Positions 13,195 through 25,734 are shown, counted from the first letter of the stretch. The stretch: 64,000 nucleotides of DNA from Bispira polyomma (GCA_965649765.1 OZ287749.1:72602001-72666000), one strand, 5' to 3'. The notes: generated by a model not told the origin, from the letters alone. Made by a program: numbers and translations.

Positions 13195-13808
13195 CTACTA
13201 AAAGTTGGAAGTGGACAGGTGTGGTTGAAAGGGTGCGGGGGTGCGGTAAAGAGGTGCGGTACCCACTAATGTTTATAAATAATAAAATAGAATTCCTTTC
13301 AATTTATATAATGTTATTTGGTATCGAAATGTTCGTTAGAAAGTACTGATTGTTATAAATAGGATAATTTAACTGTTTTTTTTTACTTCTGGTATTTTGT
13401 AGAAATCAGTGACAGATCTAGGAATTTACTTCAGAATCACCGCACCTCGTCACTTCCAAGTCATTGTAACTGTGGAGGTGCAGTAAATTTAAAGTAGACA
13501 TACACACGACTATACTGAATGAATATAAGGTTATTTGGTATTACAATGTCCGCATTGAAATACCGATTTCACTGGCTAAAGAATTATGAAAATCTATCCA
13601 TAAATAAGAAAGTTATGAAATAAAAACCAAATTGTATGATAGATTTATTACAAAAACACCGCACCTCGTCACTTCTAAGTCATTTCTAACTGCCGCACCT
13701 CCATACTTTACTTACAAATATGCTAAAATATACCCCACTTGGGCCTCAAGTACTGATATATTTAACACAGAAACATCTCAACTCGTCACTTCTAAGTCCT
13801 TCTAGTTG
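13195..13808. mobile_element. Degenerate non-autonomous DNA transposon with repeated subterminal motif
   Basis: caccgcacctcgtcacttc(c/t)aagtcatt at 13438 and 13657, partial copy at 13781; inverted gtgcgg cluster and ttggaagtg at 13200-13260. Confidence 0.5.
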
Positions 13809-14399
13809 ATGCACATATATACTTTTCTTCTAAATAGAAAGAGACAGTAAAGGGGCTTTGTTGGGGGTATTTTCCTTGATGTATATATGGTTTAAATGCT
13901 AAAATATATACAAATACTTAATGTACAAAATTGTATGTTTGAAATGCATTGTTTTAATTAGTACTTTAAAATGTATGTGTGTATGTTTCAAATGTTCACT
14001 GTGTATGAATAGTCTATGATATGAAGAACACCATAGTAGGATTATACAACAATGCCTGAGTATTTGAACAATAAAATGTCAAGATTTCCGTGGGTATCTT
14101 TGGTGATTTAGAAAATGGCTTGGGTGGAAAATGAAAAGTTATTGCAGATGAATTTTCTATTATAGACTTTCACTGGCACAAAGAGTTGTGTAGAATGTAC
14201 CCCAGGTCAGGCTAAGGACCTATACGACTGTAGTACACAATTTATGATTGAAAGTGTGAACTTGCTTGGTAAGCTAACATAAAAACTGACAAAAAAAACC
14301 CTTTTATCACTGGAGTCATTTAGTAATGCAACATTTTAGCATTGTCAGTACATTTACAAGCAAGCAAAAATTTGAACTAATTTTAACATAAGGCATTTT

Positions 14400-15130
14400 A
14401 ATATGTCACTAAATCTCATGCTGTTGATATTGGGGCAAGCATATCTGGAAGAGAAACATCTAGCTGCTGGTTTTAGGACGAGGCTCATGAACTACACAGT
14501 CTACATGCAACTAGCGCCAATATATTGTGCATTGCTGCCGTAAAACAAGGACATCATTTGCAAATATATTTCAACTATAAATTGTGGATTGTTGTTTTAA
14601 TGTCTGACTCCTGGGGCTGCTACCATGGCCGCAGATGTCTTGGTTAGTCCCCTTGACTACTATAATTCTCTCTTCAAAAGCCTTTCCAGGCTAGATCTTC
14701 GTAATTTACAATGTATGCAAAACAGCCTGGACAGAACAGTAACAAAAAACACCAAGTACACTCACATTACTCTTTTTTTAAGAAGCCTTTACTGGCTACG
14801 GGTGGAATCTCAATCAATCTTCAAAATAGCTGTACTTTAGTTCACAAGTTTCTAAACTTGTTCGGGTGTTCCACAGTATTTTGGCACATACCTATCTCCT
14901 TATACAAGTTTATACAATACTAGGCGAAGTGGGTATGACAGGACATTTTTAAATGTTCCAATATGTAAATCAGCGATTTATAAATCTAAAAAAAATTTAA
15001 ATATAGTTCTGCTTGTGATACTGCTAAGGTGTGGAATGAGTTGCCTCACAAAATTATCTCTGCCACCTCTTTACCCTGTTTCAGGCAAAAGCTAAAAAAC
15101 CTATCTGTTCAACTAGGACTCCCGCCTTAC
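14400..15130 (+). mobile_element. Degenerate L2/CR1-group LINE ORF2 3' fragment
   Basis: LVSPLDYYNSLF...LQCMQNSLDRTVT...HITLFLRSLYWL...FK matches the post-RT SRLDYCNS...LQ..QN.AAR...HITP.L..LHWL motif; later VWNELP and FRQKLK-like segments; frameshifts and stops. Confidence 0.85.
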
Positions 15131-16299
15131 CCAGCAGGTACAAGACTTAAAAACAACCAAAGTTGTTGTTGAAAATTGGTCCTGACGTTGATCAATGGAT
15201 TTTTAACACTAAATCTGAGTCAATATTTTGACTTAGAAAAAGTAGCCGACCTTTAGATTAGAAATAGTGTTGATTTTTTGTTGAATACCTAACCAGAGCA
15301 TGGTCAGTGTGCTTGTTTACACTTAAAATAAAAGAATATAACAATAAACAATAAAGGATGCTATAATTTATGAGATATAGCATATAGGGGCGAATACAGC
15401 TTATTCTCTTCAATATGTTTAACCTTTGAATGCTTTAATCTTTACATAACCTCAGCACCAGTTTTGGTGTTTTTGTATTTGATGGAAACGATTGGGTTTA
15501 ATTATTTAATTGTCATTGTTTAGTCATATAACGTCATAACAATTAATTAGTCATGATTAATTGGCACTATTCATGTGAATTGAAAGTTTTTATAATAAGT
15601 GTGAAGAACAACAAGAGAAAAAGAGGCATTTTACAAATATGTAGAAAATATATAAGAATGATAGTAACATTTCTAACAATTGTTTCATATATTTATGAGG
15701 ACTAAAAATAGTTTATATGGGTTTAGTTTAATAGTTTGAGCCTTTGAATTGATTATTGTGGCCAATCACCATTTAATATAAGCCAGAGTGACACTGTCAG
15801 AGGCTCACCATTCACATCATTATTTCTTAACAGTAATTTTTCCTGTATTGTTAAATAACTGACTCCTCCTATTAGTAACCATTTATACCCATTTCCAAAG
15901 GTAGTCCACGCATGTGTTGAAGGTTAATTATACTTTCTATGCCACAGAAAGTTCATGTATTCGTTGCTGTCAGTCCAATTGTAGCATGCTGTGTACTTAC
16001 TAATATTCACATTAAAACAAAATTCTAAGGCAGTAGTAAATATTGCAATGCATCAATCATAAGTCAGTATCAAGAAAGAGTGCAGCACCAAAGAATCAAA
16101 CAAAGCAAATAAAACTATTGAGGAAAGCTGGAAAATGATCATCAAGATAAGAATCTTTAGTTTATCATAAAGGATTGCAACATACAGTTGTAATCTAATG
16201 TGGTATAGGCAAGTCCACAAAGTAAGTCAACAATGGCAAAACACTGTCAGCATAAACCTGGGACCAATGTACTTTTTAGGTACTTTTGAAAATTTATAG

Positions 16300-18031
16300 A
16301 TAATACTTGCAGTTTTTAAAAAGCTGGGGTGTCAAATCTCAACAGTGAACTCTGGACAAAATTATATATTTTAGTGCCCTTATCGTTAGTTGACTTCCTA
16401 ACCCAGATCATCAAATTGCAATCATTGAACTGTTACTAATTTATGTATTATCACATACCTTTCCTCTTATCGAACTATTCCTTTTGCATATATATATACT
16501 TATTGGGATGTGTGCCATATATAAATAATTAATATTAACATTTGTAGCAGTTATTATTTTGGAGAAGATGCAAAATCTATTTGACTTCTCTAGGATCAAG
16601 ACCATGTAATGTGTAATCCCTCTGAACTTATGAAATATTCTTTTGACTGTAACGCCTTTTTTGCTGGTAGCAGGTTAATCTCAGAAATGATAATTAGTTT
16701 GTATATAGGTAAAATGACATTGATTAAAAAGTAAATTTCATCATACAAATTACGGTGTACAAAGAGAGGCTTGGACATTACAAAGAAAATATTCAATGTT
16801 GCAAAACACATCTAATATTCCTACATTTCTCAAATTCATATATTGGTTCCTCAAATTTTCTGGTAGCATTTGTGAAATATAAATGTGACAGTTCCATAGT
16901 TGAAGAAGATGTAACATTTGATGGAATGTTACCCAAAAAATCAATTGATCTATTAAATTAATTGATGGAATGACAAAAAAATTGAGCGCTTGACATACAT
17001 CAGGTATCGTCTTAGTCCCACAAAATACATAATTTGTAATATTAATGAGCCAAAAAGCCCATTTATAAGGCTTTAACATTATTCATAACCAAAGAGCACC
17101 TCCTGTATTTTCTGCCTGAAATAATTAACGCTCTCCTGTGTAAACAACATATTTTCAAAAATAAACATTTCCCCGTGACTAATAAAAATGGTTATAAATA
17201 TAGTTTTAAAAATTAAGAGGTATTAAACTGTTCCTATAAACTTTTGATTTCTGTATTGATAAAATATATGGCTTTAAGAAACCAGTAAAGGTTATTTTTA
17301 TTTGCGGTATAGCCATGATACAGTAAAGTATGTAATTATTGCCCAAAAGTCATTATTTTATTACTTAAAATACTTTGTTACAGTAAAATATCTGTAAGTA
17401 CGAACTAAAAACCTTTTGCATACATGTATTAGCCTGAATAATTATTATTTCTAAAAAAAATCTGAATTGTCAAACTGTTAAATGTCCGTAAATAGACTGA
17501 AATAGAAATTGGCGAATTTACATCCATCGGCAAATTTATATCACTTGGTCCATGCAGCAGAAATGCAAATGTTCTTTCACTAAAGATAATTTTCTTTAAG
17601 CATGACTGTTCTATTTCTTTTTTACCTAAATTTATTCTTAGGTGTTAAAAATAAAGTAAAATCGTATAAAGAAGAAATAAATATTACCGGCAATAATTTA
17701 ACGTATCCGAAATCACCAGTAAATGCTCATAATGTGCCGTGTGGTGGCGTTGCTTGCAGTGAAAACAAACGTAAAAAATTTCACTAACACTTGTAATACA
17801 GAAGATCAGAACGGAGAGGGCAGACGGCCAGAAAAAAAAGCCCTCGGAGGTCTGAATTTCAGAACTAGAATCAACATATACAGCTTTGTACACAGTTGTT
17901 ACATTTTAGACCGAGTTCCAGCGACCATAGATCTAGTTGCTTTGTGGTAAATACCCGGTATATAATTTATAATGGTATTTCAGCAGTAAAGGTCCACCGA
18001 TACTGAAGGCCTGTCCTATGTAAGTGAGGGG
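16300..18031 (-). mobile_element. Possible highly decayed piggyBac-type element
   Basis: Right end gtaagtgagggg|TTAA; - strand KPYKW near 17070 resembles the piggyBac KP.KWG motif; left end not found. Confidence 0.3.
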
Positions 18032-18487
18032 TTAAGGTGCACGATGAGTTACTGCTTACCTAATGTAGCAATTATGGTAATTTGAAAAAATTTTGGACAC
18101 CCAAACCTTTTTAAAACAAATTTCATAATTCCATGACCATATATTGCTTGTTTATTCGGGCAGATCAAAGTAGACCACTAATGAAATAAAATACACAATG
18201 AAATCTATACAATTTCATCTTTAATAATAAAGAAATTACCATTAATATTCAGTGACCATCATTGGTGTACAGTCATAATTGGTAGCCTAGCAGTATGGCT
18301 CACCCTACAGTCGTCAATATTCGAGACAAGGGGTGAGTTATATTTATGGGAATGAAGCAGAACAAGGCAGAATTAGTCAACCGATTTATGACCGCCAGTG
18401 TTTATTGAACATTTATCGTGTCTAAAGAGTAGGGGTACGACCAATTACACACTGCTTACTTACAACATGTAGAAACAGAATGTGTGC

Positions 18488-18880
18488 TAGACTGAATAAT
18501 CCATCTCTATTTAGTGAGATTCCTTGCTGTTATTTTGACGATAGCGTCACAAAAAGGGACAGAACGGCTACCATAAGCAAAATGTTTTAAATCCCACTTG
18601 GCATATATAGAGATAGAATCTGCTAAAAAATATATATATATTCCCTCATTCCTTATATATGATATATTAGCCGATTTTGTCTTATTTCATGCCGACATGA
18701 TAGATATCAATTAATATAAAATACAAAGTAAAACCACATATATTGGCACACCTCTGTCGGCCATTTTACATCCAACTAAATTTACAACGTTTATTGGTAG
18801 CCGTTCTGTCCCTTTTCATGATGCCGTCGTCAATATAACAGCAAGGAATCTCGCTAAATAGGGACAGATTATTCGGTCTA
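18488..18880. mobile_element. Non-autonomous DNA transposon (MITE) with ~85-bp TIRs and a perfect 9-bp TSD (Mutator-like or AcademH-like)
   Basis: aatgtgtgc at 18479-18487 and 18881-18889; tagactgaataatc...gggacagaacggctacca is mirrored by tggtagccgttctgtccc...gattattcggtcta. Confidence 0.92.
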
Positions 18881-19549
18881 AATGTGTGCTTATTATGTTA
18901 TTTAGTCTTTTGGTATGTTAAGGAAATGGAGTAATCCGAAAAATATGCAGAAAAGGTCAAAGTTGGCCAAGCATGAAGTAAAAGCTGCATGGATAGTTGT
19001 GGGACATTCTCAGGAATTGTTGGTTAAATATTGCTTTCAGAACAGGCCTAATTCTGAATTGTCCTTCAATGATTATTGCAATAGCAATGGTATGTCAATG
19101 ATCTGTATTCCTTTGTAGGGCATTGTTAAGCGTGGTGGGTTGGGGCTACAGGAAAAGTGTCTATATTAGGATTATGACCCCTCTGACTACTTGTTCAGGA
19201 TATTCCATGCCGAGCTTACAGAAATAAAATGGTAAGTGCTCCAAACGAAGGAAAAGAAGAGAGTACATCAGGCAAATGACTATGTGAAAGATTATTTCGT
19301 CAACTTATATGATTAGTGCATGACTTTTGTAATAGGTAACTGGTAAACTATAGCTTTTCTAGTATTATTTCTTAATGTTGTTACACCTTAATTGCTTTCT
19401 AAATATTTCCGAAAGTAAACCGCAATTGACTTATAAACCGCAGATTTACATCTGTGATGAGAGCAGTTTCACCAGGAATATTGCTACAAGTCAAAAGACT
19501 TATGGCATAAACAGAAAAGCTATCTTCTAGCAAGAGGTATACATTTTGA

Positions 19550-21400
19550 CATAATCAAAATAATGTTTATCAGCAATACAGTGACTCCTTTCCAGCCAAC
19601 CTGCATTGTCAGTGTAAACAGTCATTGGTTCTGGCACAAGAATGGTCTTCTGCACAATTGGTCATTCATCAGCACATAGTGTAGCAGGATGCTATGTAGT
19701 GACGAACAACTGTATACTTGTGACATGTCACTTTTTGTAGGTGTGTGACATTAGCCATATCACTGCAATGGTCTATGTTGTTGCAGATGGGCATGGTTTT
19801 TTATTTTTTGACTGTGATGATAAACTACCCAAGTTGTGGCTGTAAGGAAGTAGCTGCAATTGTATGATTACCACTATGCATGCTTCAACTTAGTTTAAAG
19901 CATAACCAGAAGTAGTTATTTTGGTCATGCAGTGTGTATGTGTAATGGTATGAGCAGACCCATCATGATGGCTTTGAAAGTGCTCAACTGGTCTAAATGA
20001 CACAACATATGGCACATTAAATGAGAAAGTGTCTAACAATAACGCAGCTGGACCACAATGTCACAGGTGAACAGCTTCATCTGCATTAATATCTCTTTGA
20101 TTACAATACATGATGATAATGTGTTTATTGTGTGTCTTCCATGCTTTGTTCTATGTTACAGGGTATATGGACAGGAAATTATTTCTGGATTGGTTGCAGG
20201 AAATTGTTAAGTTCTGCCGTTCTAAAAGACTGTTGCTTTTGCTTATGGATAACCATGTGAGCCATATTTGCAATGAATGACTTTTTCCAGCTAGAAAGAA
20301 CCAGGTAACTATAGTCTTTGCAATATTTACAGGTACATGGTTGCTGCATGACTAGTGGCGCAATACACTTTCGATGACAGCCTGACATGTAACCACCCCC
20401 TTCTGTGCTGTACGAACATATGTCAAACTGTAACATTGCTTATTGCAAGTACAATACAATAGATAAGGTGTTAGGAACAGGAGGATGTACCCAAAACGAT
20501 ATTATGCCTCATAACATTGCACTTTCTATTTTGGAAAGCAGATAGAGCTGCTTCATATACCATCTCATTCTATGCCTCTGCTCTAACTGTTGGATGTTGC
20601 CATCTTTGGACCCATAAAACAGAAGGTTCGCTCAAAGTCAACATCTGCTGGAAGAGCCTCCACTAGATGCAAGATAATCAGTGCGTTCTTTCCTTGCTAT
20701 CTAACAGTGACTGGCAGCTCCAAGAGTGTAAGGTAATTAATTAATTTAGTCTATAATCAAATGTGTACTTAATGCAGTATCTCTGTTTCATGGATTCATT
20801 TGACTTGCATTTGACTTGCATTTTAAGCCAATGGTGAAACTGTCATTTTTATAAATGGAAAAATGTTTGCTTTTGACCAAAGATGTGCCACGGGAAGATC
20901 AAACATCAAATGGCTAAAATTTTATGTGGCCACCGTGCAAAGTCACCATGTATATGGCTGTAACCATGCTGAAATCTATGTTGTCTGCATCATGAATCCC
21001 TTGTTGACTACCTCATGCAGTCCACTTTGACATATAATAATATATATTGCCGTACATATAATGTGATATGTTTACAATTTAAAGTTAGTCATTCATTTAC
21101 CAAATCATGCATGTGTTCAGGTATACATACAGTGTTAACAATGTATGTGGTAGTGGTATAGACATGCTCTTCTGCTCTTCTGAAGTTTTTTAATGGTGCC
21201 TGTCTTCACATAATTCTATGCACGACTCATATGCGCAAGAATGTGTAATAAAATAAGGAAATATGTATAAATGAGGAAACAGATACGCCATTATGCTGAA
21301 CTTGATTCAGGTAATGTGATTCACATAGATACCATAATATCTGTGTATATCAGCGCATTAAACGCTCAGGCTTCTGGAGTTTCCACTTTAGGTCAACTGT
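19550..21400 (-). mobile_element. Highly decayed Academ-like DNA transposase remnant
   Basis: Collinear - strand peptide remnants ADNIDF, YVRTAQKG, WFFLAGKSH/CKYG and EQSME resemble the DNID, FIRA.R.GDW, FFA.GH.NYARY and DQ.IEQ motifs; many frameshifts. Confidence 0.45.
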
Positions 21401-21552
21401 TAGCCTATGCTTCCTTTAAGCACACTCCGACGTAGGCCGATTTGTGTGTGTCTGATCCGATGTCGGCCGATGTTGTGCTTCCTTTCATCAGTTTTTTGTT
21501 AAATGTCCGTCGGATGGTGACTGCCAGAAACAAGTTTTCATAGCTGATAGTC

Positions 21553-24006
21553 ATGATACATTTCACCACCGAAGAAATGATAGTCCAGGTCCAAGAAAAT
21601 CCAGTGCTCTATGATGTCACTGAAAGAGGCTATAGTGATAAGCCACTGGTGGATAATTTGTGAAGAAAAATAGCTGAGGCTATCAAAAGCCCAGGTTAGT
21701 TATGGCATTATCGCCCAATTTCCCTATGTTGTAATAACATATTGACTAAATCATGACATGTTTGGATGTTGATGGTGCTAAGTAACTGCAAGGATACTTG
21801 AGTATAACTTTGAAATACACCATGATAATATGTATTAAATGTCCATATATGTCAGTAGTCAATAATTCATTGTGACAAATACAGGCTCAATATATGTTGG
21901 TTGTGTATGTGTTGACAAATTGAGATGTTTTAGTGTTTCCTGATGTATGTGTGACACCATGAATGTATTTATTGTGAAACCCCTGTGTGTATTGCAAACA
22001 TCTCATCAAGTCCATCATTCATTGTTTATATTTTATGTATTACACCTTATTTCCCCTAGGCATAGCTTATGATGTGAAAGCCAAATGGCAAAACTTAAGG
22101 ACAACATTCCGGAAGAAAGTCAGTGACTCAAAACCAAGAAGTGGCCAAGAACCAAAACCTGTTACATGGCTGTGATGGCAACACCTCCAATTTCTTCGTG
22201 TACATCTCAATAATGCAAAATAAGTGAAGCTGTGTATGTGATTTGGATGAACAATAACAACCGATAGCAATATTTTATTACAAAAGATATGCGAGGGCAG
22301 TTGCAGTGTGTAGTTACCTTACATGTCTTTAATACATCAAAATGAAAACGGTATGAATGTTTCATTTCAGCAGAGACACAGACTTTGCAAGTAATGTTCA
22401 GGAACCATCAGAAGTAACAGACGCAGAACCTGACAATGCTGGAGATGAAAACATTGTTTGCAGAAGTGTGTTACTTGGAAAGTGTTACTAGCTCAAGTGG
22501 TGAGAGGAAAGAGGATGGAGCTCATTTCCATAGATAAGATGTCTCAATAGTTGAACATAATTACACGTTCAATCCTCTGTCAATGTAGCCATCTTGGCCA
22601 GGGATACGATATGTGTAGAAATAACACATCAGTTTATCTCGAACCTCCACAGCTTCATGGCCGCGGTGGCCTAGTGGTTAGCAAGCATTGCGCTTCACAA
22701 TCACTGGTCTCGCACCTCTGGGCCGCGTGAGTTTGAATCCCGTGGATGCCTATGTGGGAAAGGTGGTAGTTCCTTACTGTGCGCCGCTGGTTTCAGTGCA
22801 GAACCTTAATCAACTGTATGCAGTGTTTCCTCCAGCGTTTCCAACTACCCGTCCCAATATAACCTAAACAGGTACAAGACGTTAAATATCCCAATTCAAA
22901 AAAAAAAAAAAAAAAAAACCTCCACAGCCTCAGCTTTACCTTTGTTACCAATATGTCACATATCTTGCAGTATTCTGTTGTCCTCCTATTAAGCTTTATC
23001 ATGATTGGTAAGTTCTGCAGGTGTGCTGTAACGTTGCAGCATGTTGTGCAAAACACATATCGTGTTGATGACACCGTTAATTCTTTCGGAGGTCAATGCA
23101 ACTGGCTTTGTGCATAGATTCCTGCATCATTGGTGCGCCCAAATGATCCCACATCAATATACAGGAACTGTAGATAAGCATCCACTATTGCCAGGAGGAC
23201 AATGGATAGGGTGTCCTTGTAGTTGAAATATAGTGAACCTGTGTTATTGGGTTTCATGATAACCACATATTTCCCATCCAGAGCACCCAAACAATTGGGA
23301 AACTGTCACTTGTGCATGAAATTTTGACCAATCAATTTCCAATATGCAGCTGTGTTGGGCATTTTTAGGTAGATGGTGGACACATTCAGACACAGACAGT
23401 TCATTCCAAATTACCTCACATACCTCTAGAATTAAATTTGTTAATGTTGAGGAACCAACTCTGAAGCTGTAGACCAATTACTGGTGAGATTACCCAGTGG
23501 CCAAGTATCTGTTGAGAGAGGAAGACATTGTTTCAGTGTTATTTCACAATTACATATATATATATATGTCCAAATATTGGTATTAAAGTATTTCAGACGT
23601 TTCAACTATTTGCCTATCTAATTCCAGCCCAACTCCTACTCCAAGGAAACGTCCATGGAAAGCAAAGTTTTCAGACTTCACTAAAAGTGTCTTTTGGCAA
23701 ATGCTCAGTGCAAAAAGCAGACCGAATTATTGAATATCATGAAGACATAGCAAATAGCTGGACCTGAGAAGGATGAGGATGACCTGTTTTTGAAGGTTGT
23801 GCTAAAAGGATTAAGCGCATGCCTATGAGGTAGACAGCCTTCATTAAAATAAAGGTAGAGGAGCTGTTTTACCATGCAGAATGTGAGGCAGAGCCAGTGG
23901 AGCAGTAGCAGCAACTCCAGCAGCAGCATTTGCTGCACCATCAGCAATCTTACCAAACACAACAGCAAAGCACCTCACAGACATGTTGACTTATCAAGAA
24001 CTGTAG
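21553..24006 (+). pseudogene. Harbinger ORF2 MADF (Myb/SANT-like) + BESS-like pseudogene; exons 21553-21694, 22060-~22219, ~22371-22530, ~23597-24006
   Basis: EMIVQVQENPVLYDVTERGYSDKPLVDNL*RKIAE, spliced G|GC to VKAKWQNLRTTFRKK...SGQ...TWL*WQHLQFL (MADF signature; two Trp codons are now TGA); last exon KDEDDLF.EGCAKRIKRMP...IKIKVEELFYHAE plus a Q-rich tail. Confidence 0.85.
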
Positions 24007-24573
24007 GCAGCTGTTGGCAGGTAGTTATTGTTAGGTACTCGACATCTGCTACGCTTGCACAGACTTCTCTCAACATAATTGAGTACTTCAGTGAATTGGT
24101 CTCTGGTCATTCTGTTGAAACGAAAACATCATTTTTATCAACAATTGTCTTGAATCTCTGAGGCAGTTGTCTGCTTATATGCATTGCAATTTATGCTGAG
24201 TCATCTACTCAATTCTAACTACCTGGGCACAGTACCTGTAATGAAATTGTCATAAAACAGCAACTACAACATGGTGGACTACATTGAACTGGTTGTTCAT
24301 ATTGATGTAAAATGGTTGTGCGTTTGTACAATCAATATCATTGTAAATATATACTGCACTGCCTTTAAACCATATGCTGTATGTAAACAACCTGAAGTAT
24401 GCTTTGAATTAAACATTGTCACTCAATTTTAGTTCCTGTACAAGGTGATAATAATCTCTATGTTGCTTCCATTTCTTTATTAAGTCATTCTCCCAACACT
24501 TCTGTCTTTTCTTTCTGGAAGTGTGGCACAAATAAGCTGCATGAAGCAGTGACATATCATTGAAACTATCCAT
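22590..24573 (-). pseudogene. Harbinger (HARBI1-like, DDE_Tnp_4) transposase pseudogene; exons 24573-24392, 24111-~23995, 23508-~22590
   Basis: YYHLVQELK...FKAYFR|MTRDQF; R|YLATG...FRVGSST...EVCEVIWNEL; FPNCLGALDGKY...YFNYK..SIVLLAIVDA..FLYIDVGSFGRTNDAGI; ICVLHNML; AVEVRDKLMCYF. Stops, frameshifts, an internal deletion in the catalytic region and a SINE insertion. Confidence 0.92.
22659..22916 (+). mobile_element. Young tRNA-derived SINE, family 1, poly(A)-tailed, inserted in the transposase exon
   Basis: A box tggcctagtgg, B box gtttgaatc; 16-bp TSD aacctccacagc(t/c)tca at 22642-22657 and 22917-22932. Confidence 0.95.
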
Positions 24574-25089
24574 CAGCAAAAAGGGGAGTAATGTTGTTGT
24601 AGCAATTTTTGTTTTAAAATCGGTCAGTCCTCCCAATTTTTCTCCTCCCTGACAGATAAAATCTGTTGGCCCAACTGACGTCGTCCGAAGTCTGATCTGA
24701 TCTGTTGCAAATATGCTGAAATGAAGCGCTTGGTTATATTATGTAGTGAGCAATAGAAACGGTCGATGTGCTCATTGCAGGTGTCACAGCACCCAACAAC
24801 TACATGTATAATATTATCAACACATAACAGCTTCAGATGGCACACAACAAGTAGTCATTGCTGCAATATGATGCACTTCAACATGATACAGTATTCATTT
24901 TCTAGAAACGAATTTAGAAGAGTCTTTGATTTTGCAAGTAACGATAGAAACACTTTCATTAGCTTTGATCTGTTCCACTACTTCTGTTGAGCTGATTACT
25001 CACCATCTGAAAACGTTCTCTTTTAGTGTGGTTCCTTATTCTGAGCATTATCATAAGGTATGGTATGCCAGTTCAAAATGATGTGGTAG

Positions 25090-25500
25090 TTGTTTTTATA
25101 CTTATGTTTGTCACTATAATTGAGGGTTACAAAGTAAATATTTTCCCTGTGAAACTTCTTGCATGCATCATTGCACATCCTAACCAAATTCTGCGTGCAG
25201 TGTTGGTAGCTCATGCGTTTCGTATTGTTGTTGACGCCATAGCTGAGAATGGTCTGTGTCTGGGATTGGGGTTTCCTTAGAGAATCTTCTGGTCAATGTA
25301 GTTGGAATGTGGAATCTGATCTTGTTTATGGTGTGACCGTTTCTGGTGGCCTTCACTCTCTTCGAGTTTATCAGGTTTAGGTTGAGAAGATAGGTGTTTT
25401 TAGTCATAATGGAGTCAATGTCTTGGACGACTATCTATTTCTGGGTATATATGGATGGGCCCTCATAGGTCGTGTCAAGGTCTATGATTGTCTAAATTTC
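25090..25500 (-). pseudogene. Fragment of an SGNH/GDSL-esterase-like ORF, probably retroelement ORF1-derived
   Basis: IVVQDIDSIMTK (block I-like), then after a frameshift ILSYGVNN...LVRMCNDACKKF...IYFVTL (block III-like); GC-elevated. Confidence 0.35.
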
Positions 25501-25734
25501 TACTGTTACATGTGATTTGGGTGTCTTTTATTTTACCATGTATGTTACTTTTCTAAATTCTATTTTAAATTACTAATTCTACACCTACTATCTTTGTTTG
25601 TACTATATATTAACAGGCGTTCAGACAGTCATTTACAATGCACTCGTATGGTATTTTTTAACTCAGTTTTGTTTTAGTGTACTTTTAGCAATATAATGTT
25701 ATTATTAAATTTCCAGTATAACTTCCCTATTATT

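Larger units (their letters stand above)
21403..24770. mobile_element. PIF/Harbinger DNA transposon, two-gene, pseudogenised; right TIR lost
   Basis: TTA|gcctatgcttcctttaagcacactccgacg left end; DDE transposase (-) and MADF gene (+) inside; both ends match the MITE at 42673-43158. Confidence 0.9.

Noticed and set aside
22659-22745. tRNA gene candidates at SINE heads (also ~25735, ~38200, ~46710)
   Set aside because: A/B boxes are followed by SINE body, tail and TSDs; no complete cloverleaf.
22590-24573. Domesticated HARBI1-like host gene
   Set aside because: Multiple stops and frameshifts, catalytic-region deletion, SINE insertion, TIR and MADF partner indicate a dead transposon.
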